A DNA stretch of 32,000 nt. Source: Nostoc sp. PCC 7120 = FACHB-418 (GTDB lineage: Bacteria; Cyanobacteriota; Cyanobacteriia; Cyanobacteriales; Nostocaceae). Below are positions 1-6,891 of this stretch, piece after piece. The notes under the pieces were generated by a model that had not been told where the DNA came from, searched no databases, and saw only the letters and a program-made list of their open reading frames with translations. Position numbers and translations under genes: made by a program. Where the stretch lies: positions 2,550,001-2,582,000 of the forward strand of contig NC_003272.1 of NCBI RefSeq assembly GCF_000009705.1, given 5' to 3'. Position 1 is the first letter of the stretch; each line of letters opens with the position of its first letter.

Positions 1-961
1 TCCAAGACAGTGAATCTTGGACAATTTCCTGACGAAAATCTAACCAACCTTGCTCATTGCATAAAGCCAACAAATCATGAATTATTGTGTACCAAAGCAG
101 AGGTGTATCAGCACGTCCCTGAGCAAGAAACTGAGCAGCTTGTGTGAGAAAAGTAGTGATATCTTGCTCCACAAACGCGTGTTTGATGGAAAACCAAGCA
201 TAGGAACGTGAGTAGCGAGATTTGTCAGAGTGAACTGGTAACTGTAAATAATCTGCCGCAATTGTTAACAAATTAGCTGCTTGATTGCGGTCTTTATCTG
301 CCAAAATTAGGGCAACTTCACTGGTAATTTGGGCAAACATAGCAGAGACAAACTCAGGCGGCTGGCGTGCTATGCGTTCAAAACCCCAAGGATGGGGAGT
401 AGGTAAAGTCTGCAATTGTCCATCAAGATAGGCAAGAAGTTGAGCAGCAAGTGCGATCGCTCCTGTAAAATTTAATTGTCGTGCTTCTGTCCGCACCAAA
501 TTATGTAACAGTTGGATACGCTGCATCAGGAGAATATCATAACCATATTCTTCCTCTAAAACCGCACTTAATCTTAAAGCCTCTTCAGTGCGACTGTAAA
601 CTTGGTCAAAATCCTGATGACAATAATCGAGATAGGCTGCTGATTGCTCTAAAAATGACTGATGTAATAGCTTGGACTCCCGCGACAGTGTAGCCATTTG
701 CAAAGGCTTACGCGCTTCCTCAAATAACTGCGCGGCTGTTGTTAGTTGGCGGTGGCGAGCCGCTACCATCCCTTGACTACGAGCATTACTATAGCGACGC
801 AGTAATAATTGTTCTTGTAATGGTAAACGTTTCGCCATCAAAGCTTCTAGTTTTTCGCTAAATAAATCACCACTACCTGTGGGTAAATCCATAGTTGCAG
901 TACACCCCTGGCGATAACTTTCTGTGATTTGTGTTAGGAGTTGACTGGAAGTATCAAGCAT
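1..961 (-). CDS. Partial CDS (3' end lies outside the window): uncharacterised, probably all-helical protein, translationally coupled to the radical SAM gene
   Basis: It is absent from the ORF track because it has no stop codon in the window. My own minus-strand translation is open from ATG 961..959 to position 1 (MLDTSSQLLTQITESYRQGCTATMDLPTGSGDLFSEKLEALMAKRLPLQEQ...QEIVQDSLSW). The ATG overlaps the upstream gene's TGA (956..954) in the sequence ATGCTTGA. An alternative start is ATG 892..890. No family recognised. Confidence 0.6.
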   Translation of the reverse strand, partial: MLDTSSQLLTQITESYRQGCTATMDLPTGSGDLFSEKLEALMAKRLPLQEQLLLRRYSNARSQGMVAARHRQLTTAAQLFEEARKPLQMATLSRESKLLHQSFLEQSAAYLDYCHQDFDQVYSRTEEALRLSAVLEEEYGYDILLMQRIQLLHNLVRTEARQLNFTGAIALAAQLLAYLDGQLQTLPTPHPWGFERIARQPPEFVSAMFAQITSEVALILADKDRNQAANLLTIAADYLQLPVHSDKSRYSRSYAWFSIKHAFVEQDITTFLTQAAQFLAQGRADTPLLWYTIIHDLLALCNEQGWLDFRQEIVQDSLSW

Positions 962-2312
962 AAACTAAAGCCTCCTGGTTAGCTTCTGCTTCTTCAATCC
1001 GAGATAACGCATAGGTAAGTAATAAACGTTGCTCAATGTTATGTTTAGCACTGGGGCATGGTTCAATACCTTCTAACCAACTCTTTGGACAAGAACCACC
1101 GCAAACAGGTAACATAGGGCAAGTAGAACAGGGGTATGAACCTTGACGCACTTTATCATTAAAACTAGCTAAACGTTCCCTGTTACCAGGCATCTGTTTA
1201 CCTGATAAATGATCAATGGCATATTCATTAGGTGTGCCGTATGTAGGGACATAAGATACTTCTGTACAATTAAAAATATTGCCATAGGCATCAACTAATT
1301 CCGAATGGGGCATTACAGCCATACAAACTAGAGGTTTGCGCTCTGGTAATAACCCAACATTGAAACCTAACTCAACCATTTCCCCAAACCAAGTTATTTC
1401 CCAATTAGCAAATTCTTCTTTAGATAGGGAACGAGTATGAGCATCATTGCCCCAAGAATGAATTGGTGCTACATAAAAACTAATCTTGTCTTGTATCTCT
1501 ACCTCAGCTAACTTTTGTAGTAACAAAGAGACAGATTCATAATTTTGATAGTCAACATTACAACGAATATTAATTTGCACATCCAAATCTTGTCGATGAG
1601 CTAGGGCTGTAACATTAGCAAAAATTTTATCAAAAGTAGGTAAGCCATTTTTCTGCATCCGTCGAGCATCATGATATTCACCTACACCATCAAGAGTAAT
1701 TTCAATAGAATTTACGCCTAATTCTTGAACAATTTCTGTTGCTACTTGATGTGTTAGAGCTAAACCGTTGGTGACAATTTTTGCATGATAACTACAACCA
1801 AAACTGGCTGCAAGAGACTGTAGTTTTGGCGTGAGAGTTCTCATCACTGGCAACCCTACCAAAGGTTCTGCACCAAACCAACTAATTGAGAGACTACGAA
1901 AGTTCTTGCTTGCGAGTTTTTTAGCAGCCCGTTCTATAAATTTTTGCTGCTCATCTTCAGTCATCATTTTGCTAGTATGTTCTTGACCGCAGTAATGACA
2001 ACCTAGTTGACAAAAAGCTGTCGGTTGAATGACTAAATATAAATTATCGTCATCAATTGCCAAAGCATTATTATAATCTAAAATAGTCTGTAATTCGTTT
2101 TCTTCTTCAGGTACAATTAATTCAATATCAACGAGATCAAACAAAATATCTTGAGGTAATTGGTCAAAATCACCACTGGCTAAAATGTGCCAACTATGCT
2201 CATCAATAATTCTGACATCCGATGTTCGGCTAGAAAAAATAACCCGCTTTGTTTGTTGTTCAAGTTCATCAAAAAATGGTTGTGTAACTACATGATAATG
2301 TGAAAGTTTCAT
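954..2312 (-). CDS. Radical SAM enzyme with a C-terminal SPASM domain (peptide-modifying maturase type)
   Basis: 452-aa ORF. It carries the CX3CX2C radical SAM motif (CQLGCHYC). It also has a full SPASM cysteine pattern: CX13GX4C (CMAVMPHSELVDAYGNIFNC), CX2CX5CX3C (CSTCPMLPVCGGSC), and a trailing Cys (GIEPC). About 95 aa lie N-terminal to the core and could be a substrate-recognition domain. Confidence 0.9.
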   Translation of the reverse strand: MKLSHYHVVTQPFFDELEQQTKRVIFSSRTSDVRIIDEHSWHILASGDFDQLPQDILFDLVDIELIVPEEENELQTILDYNNALAIDDDNLYLVIQPTAFCQLGCHYCGQEHTSKMMTEDEQQKFIERAAKKLASKNFRSLSISWFGAEPLVGLPVMRTLTPKLQSLAASFGCSYHAKIVTNGLALTHQVATEIVQELGVNSIEITLDGVGEYHDARRMQKNGLPTFDKIFANVTALAHRQDLDVQINIRCNVDYQNYESVSLLLQKLAEVEIQDKISFYVAPIHSWGNDAHTRSLSKEEFANWEITWFGEMVELGFNVGLLPERKPLVCMAVMPHSELVDAYGNIFNCTEVSYVPTYGTPNEYAIDHLSGKQMPGNRERLASFNDKVRQGSYPCSTCPMLPVCGGSCPKSWLEGIEPCPSAKHNIEQRLLLTYALSRIEEAEANQEALVYA

Positions 2313-2356
2313 ATTTATAATCTCCCTGTAAAATAGACAAGAAAAAATAGTAAAAT

Positions 2357-2477
2357 AAGTTGCTAGTTATCAATTGAAGGATTGGTAATAGGTGATGGAT
2401 AATAGGTAATAATTTCGACTCAATTACCAGTTACCAATTACCAAATCCAGAAACCATATCTACATAACTAGCAACTT
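2357..2477. repeat. Nested inverted repeat (long hairpin) built partly from STRR-like heptamers, between the peptide gene and the rSAM gene
   Basis: The outer arms are a perfect 14-bp pair: aagttgctagttat (2357-2370) and ataactagcaactt (2464-2477). The inner arms are ttggtaat/aggtaat heptamers (2382-2410) facing attacca/gttacca/attaccaa (2423-2444). Confidence 0.7.
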
Positions 2478-2483
2478 GAGCAA

Positions 2484-2822
2484 TTACTTACGGATTTGAT
2501 CCTTAAAGATAGCTGGATTGGTAACTCTGCGTCCGTTATCAAGTAGGCGGCCACTGCAAGCTCCATCACAAACACCGTTATGTGCTGCTGCTCCACCAGG
2601 TTTTATAGTTCCTGGAAGTCTCTGTATAGAAGGAGTTAAATTATTAACTACTCCTGGACGAACTTTGACAGAATCAGTACTTAAATTAGCGCGGTTCAGT
2701 AAATTATCAACAGCACCAGGTTGGGGAGTTTGAGCATTAACGGCTGGATTTAAAGCTGCAATGCTTGTCATTGCAATCATGCTGAAAATGAACTTGATTT
2801 TGCTGGATTTTTGAGTAGACAT
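2484..2822 (-). CDS. Small secreted protein; candidate substrate or precursor of the adjacent rSAM/SPASM enzyme
   Basis: 112-aa ORF with a classical Sec signal: a Lys-rich n-region, the h-region FIFSMIAMTSIAAL, and the c-region AVNA|Q. The C-terminal part carries two Cys in HNGVCDGACSGRLLDNGRRV. It sits directly upstream of the maturase on the same strand. Confidence 0.65.
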   Translation of the reverse strand: MSTQKSSKIKFIFSMIAMTSIAALNPAVNAQTPQPGAVDNLLNRANLSTDSVKVRPGVVNNLTPSIQRLPGTIKPGGAAAHNGVCDGACSGRLLDNGRRVTNPAIFKDQIRK

Positions 2823-3021
2823 GACAGATATCCCTATAGAAAGAAGTGAATAAACAGATGTTGAATTGAGTGATAACTACTGAAAAACTGAGATTTTTGT
2901 TTTCAGGTTTCACCCTTCACTTACTCATAGGTTGGGGTTTATTTGTTTATGCAGTTTTTTCAAAAAAAATTTTGGCTGTGGTGAATTTATTGCTGAAAAT
3001 CCTTACCCGCAGGGCATTTGA

Positions 3022-5949
3022 CTATAAATCATTCATGAGCCAACACTGGTAAAATTCCTGATAAGTCAGATTTTCGGCACAGTACCACAGCACTTTGTAA
3101 CAATCTCGGTGTGATTCCAACTCGTTTTCCCTTGCTGTGGGAAAAAAGCAATCTTTCAGGTAGAAAATTACTTGTGGTAACTGTGCATCAATGAGGATTT
3201 CTTTTAAATTGTCTGCTGTGCGTTTGCGTAGCGATTCGCGTTGGGTTGACTTGAGCAATTGTAGTAAGGTGGTCAAGGCAATTTTATTACCTGGGTCAAG
3301 TTGTGCTAGTTTGTAGGCTCTACGTCTTTTGGTGTCTTCATCCTCACACGAGGAGATACCACGGATTAAGGCTGTGATTTTTTCAGGTACAGGGTAAAGT
3401 ACCTTTTGTTTTTGTTGTCGTTTACCTTGCCATTTATGTGTAATTTCTTCACCGCGTAAAGTTACTAGATTCTCGGTGGCTTGGCGGCCTTGGGAGGAAT
3501 CTGTGGCTGATTGGGCAATTTTTTCTAATGTGGTAATAGCTGTGGTGTTGAGGGAATCAAGTTTGCCTAAACTATAAGCAGCCTTACGACGAGTAGATTC
3601 ATTGTGAGTAGTTGCGATAATTTGCAGCAATGCAGTCATAGCCGTGGGATTTTCTGCATCGACTCTGCCTAAACTATAGGCAGCTTGCCAACGAATAGTC
3701 TCATGCCGAGCTATTTTAACAATATTTTCCAAAGAAGCGATCGCAATCTTGTTTCCAGGGTCGAAAATCTTACCTAAACTATAGGCTGCATTCCAACTAT
3801 CAAACTCATTGTCACAGGACGTGATAAATTGCTCTAAGCAGGCGATCGCTTTTAGGCGATCTGTTTTGAGTAAAGCTATCCGCGCACCTTCTACAATGGG
3901 TGATGGATATCTGCACCATTTTTGCTTTTGTGAATCAAAGTAGCCAAAACGCCACTTAATTAACTGCTGAATCATCGTCTCAGCTTGTTGACAATTGGTA
4001 AATTCAGCAATTCCCTGGGCTGCCAAAAAATAAGCTTGATAATTATAGAATCCCCCGCAGCCATCCTTAAACTGAATCAGTGCGTTAATCAACGCCTCTT
4101 TTTCTACTTGTGGTACATCATCCCTACCCAGCCACAATAGTATTACCTCTCGCCATTGCGGCTCAAAAATCCGGTAACTGCTTTCCCCTGAAAACAGATA
4201 ATCCCCTCCTACTCTCCAATCTGTAATAGCCTGAGCCGCAAAATATTCTTGAAATGTGGGATGGTAAAAAGCATAAACTTTTTCCCCTTGAGTTTCGGAA
4301 ATACCTACTTGATTCAACCAACCTAACTGGAGTGCTAGTTGGAACAGTTCATCTTCGGGAGCGCCTAAAACTTGGCAGACAAAACGATGTCTGAGGCGAA
4401 ACTTTGTTTGTTCTTGAGCGATTGCCAACAGCGCTAATTTTCCCAACGCTCGGTTTAACTCCTGTCGCTGAGTGGAAGTAGTAGGGAAAATGTCTTGTTT
4501 CCACTCATAAATTGCTTCCACAAACTGCTGATAAAGCATCGCCTTACTATGAGGTAATTCTCCCTGAGTGATGCCCCAAATCCGACACAACAACGCCAAG
4601 CGTAAGGGATTTTTTACCGTATCTTTGACGCGCCGCCTTTCTGGTTGCTTTAACTCATGTTGCAGTTTTTCGCCTAAAGCTGGATTGTACTGAAACCATC
4701 GACAAATAAATTGCCCTAACCACTCCTGTGTTTGATCCTGGCCGTAGGTAAAATGTAGATTGCAGTAAGTGTCAAAGTTTTCTAAAGCATTCTTACCCCC
4801 ATCCCAAACATTCAGCCGACAGGTAAGAATAATTGTGGCATCTCCTACCCAGCTTTTCAGGAAACTAGCAATTTTCGCCAAGGCGCTGGTAGATTCAATG
4901 GCCATTTCATCCACCGCATCCAGCAGTAACCAAACTCTTCCTTGGTTGAACTGTTCACAAAATGCGTCTTCAAGTTCTGGTGAAACCCTAAGTTTACGCA
5001 TAGCTGAAGGTAGCCAGTCTTGAATTAAATACTGTTCCAGCGTTTTACCTTGTAAATCTGCTAGGGAAATCCAAACTGGTAAATCTGCGGTATTATCTAA
5101 CACCCAAGCAGCAATTCTTTGCAAGAAAGTAGTTTTCCCTGCGCCTGGTTCACCAACAATGGCAATTCGCTGACTTTGCTTTTTTCCTAGTACCTGTTGA
5201 ATAAATTCATTATGGTCAAAGGTTTGAGTAATATCCAAGTCCTCTGGTTCATATAAACGCGAACCCTCTTGGGGAGTGACATCATCACGACGACGTAAAC
5301 GCTGTTTTCGCTGCACTAAGCCCAAAGGTACGTAAACCTGATTCAATTCAAAAGTGACACCATCTGCACTGGTAAGGGGATTGGTTGTCAGGCGGTTGTT
5401 GAGGTTGGCGCGGCATAGTTCTTGCCAATTTAGCTGGGGAGTGGGGGGATTTGCTTGTTTATCCGCTTTTGCTGCTGTGACTTCCTTGGATTTTTCTGGA
5501 CGGCGACTTTCCCAGTGGGAATCAAATTTTTGTAAGTTGGCTGCTATATCTTGGTGTTTGTACCAAAGATTGAGGGTGAAGTGCCAAGTTTCGGAACCAC
5601 TGCGAGATGGGCGATTGTCTTCTAATATTTCTAAGAAATCTGCAAACCGTTTTAAGGCTTCTTTGATTTGTTCAGATGTTAACTCATCTGATGTTAACCC
5701 CGTTAAAGCCTGCAAAAATCTGACTTTAGTTCTGACAACTAGGCGAGTTTCACTTTGCCAGCGAGTTTGTATTTGGGGACGCAGAGCATCTAAAGCCGCT
5801 TCATCGCAGCCTAGCTCATCATTAGCATAAGCTAATAGTACCTGTAATAAATGCCGCGATCGCTTTTTTGCCTCTGGGCCATAACTCGCTCTTGCCATTA
5901 TCGTAGCTGCATACTCAACAAAGTTCGGGGATTCCCCCAAGTTTAGCAA
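3022..5949 (-). CDS. STAND NTPase: unrecognised N-terminal domain + NACHT P-loop + C-terminal HEAT (PBS-lyase-type) repeats
   Basis: 975-aa ORF. Walker A is VGEPGAGKTT and Walker B is VWLLLDAVDEM. The linker LTTNPLT...VYVPLGLVQRK is typical of cyanobacterial NACHT proteins. The repeated AAYSLGK(I/L)/AAYSLGRV/RAYKLAQLDPGN units indicate HEAT repeats. The track start is TTG (5949); ATG at the MARASYG position is an alternative. Confidence 0.9.
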   Translation of the reverse strand: MLNLGESPNFVEYAATIMARASYGPEAKKRSRHLLQVLLAYANDELGCDEAALDALRPQIQTRWQSETRLVVRTKVRFLQALTGLTSDELTSEQIKEALKRFADFLEILEDNRPSRSGSETWHFTLNLWYKHQDIAANLQKFDSHWESRRPEKSKEVTAAKADKQANPPTPQLNWQELCRANLNNRLTTNPLTSADGVTFELNQVYVPLGLVQRKQRLRRRDDVTPQEGSRLYEPEDLDITQTFDHNEFIQQVLGKKQSQRIAIVGEPGAGKTTFLQRIAAWVLDNTADLPVWISLADLQGKTLEQYLIQDWLPSAMRKLRVSPELEDAFCEQFNQGRVWLLLDAVDEMAIESTSALAKIASFLKSWVGDATIILTCRLNVWDGGKNALENFDTYCNLHFTYGQDQTQEWLGQFICRWFQYNPALGEKLQHELKQPERRRVKDTVKNPLRLALLCRIWGITQGELPHSKAMLYQQFVEAIYEWKQDIFPTTSTQRQELNRALGKLALLAIAQEQTKFRLRHRFVCQVLGAPEDELFQLALQLGWLNQVGISETQGEKVYAFYHPTFQEYFAAQAITDWRVGGDYLFSGESSYRIFEPQWREVILLWLGRDDVPQVEKEALINALIQFKDGCGGFYNYQAYFLAAQGIAEFTNCQQAETMIQQLIKWRFGYFDSQKQKWCRYPSPIVEGARIALLKTDRLKAIACLEQFITSCDNEFDSWNAAYSLGKIFDPGNKIAIASLENIVKIARHETIRWQAAYSLGRVDAENPTAMTALLQIIATTHNESTRRKAAYSLGKLDSLNTTAITTLEKIAQSATDSSQGRQATENLVTLRGEEITHKWQGKRQQKQKVLYPVPEKITALIRGISSCEDEDTKRRRAYKLAQLDPGNKIALTTLLQLLKSTQRESLRKRTADNLKEILIDAQLPQVIFYLKDCFFPTARENELESHRDCYKVLWYCAENLTYQEFYQCWLMNDL

Positions 5950-6100
5950 CTTCCCCTAAGCATCTAAACTCGATTGCACAAGCATTTCCGGTTGCACCTT
6001 CACAATTAGCTTCAGGGAAGTTTCCCAGAATATTCTGATTTTATCCGAAGCACACGACTAAGCACTTGAATATATATCCATGTAGGTATTATTAATTCAT

Positions 6101-6469
6101 ATGTTAAAACTCACTTATACCGAAAATAGCGTTAGTTTAGATTATCTCGACGTACCTTTAGAAAATTGGGTAAATCAAAGAGTAAATTTGGCTCTTAGCA
6201 CTGGCACAAATATCTACATGGAACCCAGCACGGCGGCTTTTCTATTACCTATCGAATCATCCCCCTTAGCTGTTTTAGAGAAGTTAGCCCAAGCCAACTT
6301 GATAGATTTTTGTCCTTGTGATCCCTCATACTTTGAAGTTACTCTCCAAGGTATATACATAACGTCAACTGAAAACAGCGAAACAGGGGTCTTCGTCACA
6401 GATTTGATTTCATCTGTAGAATTATTACTCCAACAATTATCTCAAAGGCAGCAACTCTGCCACGCTTAG
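6101..6469 (+). CDS. Hypothetical protein (122 aa), first gene of the plus-strand locus
   Basis: Clean ATG ORF, divergent from the NACHT gene, ending 16 nt before the first structured RNA element. No motif recognised. Confidence 0.55.
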   Translation: MLKLTYTENSVSLDYLDVPLENWVNQRVNLALSTGTNIYMEPSTAAFLLPIESSPLAVLEKLAQANLIDFCPCDPSYFEVTLQGIYITSTENSETGVFVTDLISSVELLLQQLSQRQQLCHA

Positions 6470-6484
6470 TAATTCAGTCTTGCT

Positions 6485-6561
6485 GTTCGCGGGACTCTGG
6501 TATGACTTCCGAACCCAGTCTGTGAAACTGTCCTAGCTAGTCGTGTCGCCTTTCCCCGAAC
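6485..6561 (+). ncRNA. Structured RNA candidate 1 (Y-RNA-like terminal stem with a bulged C)
   Basis: 77 nt. The 5' GUUCG-C-GGGA pairs with the 3' UCCC-CGAAC, giving 9 bp with one bulged C. After an internal loop, GGUAUGACU (nt 15-23) pairs with AGUCGUGUC (nt 55-63). The apical hairpin is CAGU/ACUG with a 7-nt loop. The three G-U pairs would be C-A mismatches on the other strand, so transcription should be from the plus strand. Confidence 0.5.
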
Positions 6562-6573
6562 AGCACCCATAAC

Positions 6574-6614
6574 AATTCAAAATACCCTACGGGAAGCGCA
6601 AGCGCTACAAAATT
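6574..6614. repeat. Left arm of a ~40-bp inverted repeat
   Basis: aattcaaaataccctacgggaagc (6574-6597) is the perfect reverse complement of 6868-6891. The match continues imperfectly to gctacaaaatt (6604-6614), which pairs with 6853-6863. Confidence 0.75.
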
Positions 6615-6640
6615 CAAAATTTTTTAGCTTAAGTCTTAAT

Positions 6641-6717
6641 GTTCGCGGGACTTTGGTATGACTTCCGTTCCAACCTTTTAAGTTGTCTAACCTAGTCGTA
6701 CCGTTCTTTCCCCGAAC
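6641..6717 (+). ncRNA. Structured RNA candidate 2 (paralogue of candidate 1, 156 nt downstream)
   Basis: 77 nt with the same fold. The terminal stem is identical. In the second stem the partner is AGUCGUACC, where G-U pairs in copy 1 become G-C and U-A. The apical hairpin is CAAC/GUUG, which is two fully compensatory pair changes relative to CAGU/ACUG, and the loop is again 7 nt. Confidence 0.5.
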
Positions 6718-6757
6718 TTGATATAAAAGACTTCCAGATAAAAAAATATCCAAATTT

Positions 6758-6820
6758 TAGGGTGCGTCAGTATGAATAATTTCTTGGTACAGCTAGGTTT
6801 TTTCACACTGACGCACCCTA
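6758..6820. repeat. 14-bp perfect inverted repeat hairpin (dispersed-repeat type)
   Basis: tagggtgcgtcagt (6758-6771) faces actgacgcacccta (6807-6820), with a 35-nt spacer. Confidence 0.7.
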
Positions 6821-6852
6821 CTAACTACTACAAGCTTCCACTAATTTTCTTT

Positions 6853-6891
6853 AATTTTGTAGCTTTAGCTTCCCGTAGGGTATTTTGAATT
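6853..6891. repeat. Right arm of the ~40-bp inverted repeat
   Basis: aattttgtagc...gcttcccgtagggtattttgaatt is the reverse complement of 6574-6614. It overlaps the TTG start proposed by the ORF track for the next gene. Confidence 0.75.

Noticed and set aside
481-693. Plus-strand ORF 481..693.
   Set aside because: It is antisense to a continuous minus-strand reading frame that spans 1-961.
2484-2822. Calling the peptide a bona fide GRRM (TIGR04260-type) Gly-rich repeat protein.
   Set aside because: It shares the signal peptide, the size and a GRRV motif with that family. However, its C-terminal half is neither strongly Gly-rich nor repetitive, so the family assignment stays open until an HMM search is run.
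2518-3052. Plus-strand ORFs 2518..2733 and 2870..3052.
   Set aside because: The first is antisense to the signal-peptide ORF. The second spans an AT-rich intergenic tract and overlaps the 3' end of the NACHT gene. Neither has recognisable features.
4769-5830. Plus-strand ORFs 4769..5023 and 5354..5830.
   Set aside because: They lie entirely antisense within the NACHT-HEAT gene, which has clear motifs. They have no motifs or start context of their own.
6485-6717. The 77-nt elements might be tRNA genes (tRNA-sized, terminal stem, GG in an early loop) or CRISPR repeats.
   Set aside because: They have no cloverleaf. The would-be D-stem halves are not complementary, there is no GTTCRANNC T-loop, and the acceptor would contain a mismatch or bulge. 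There are only two copies, each 77 nt long with internal structure and a 156-nt period, and no short unique spacers, so this is not a CRISPR array.
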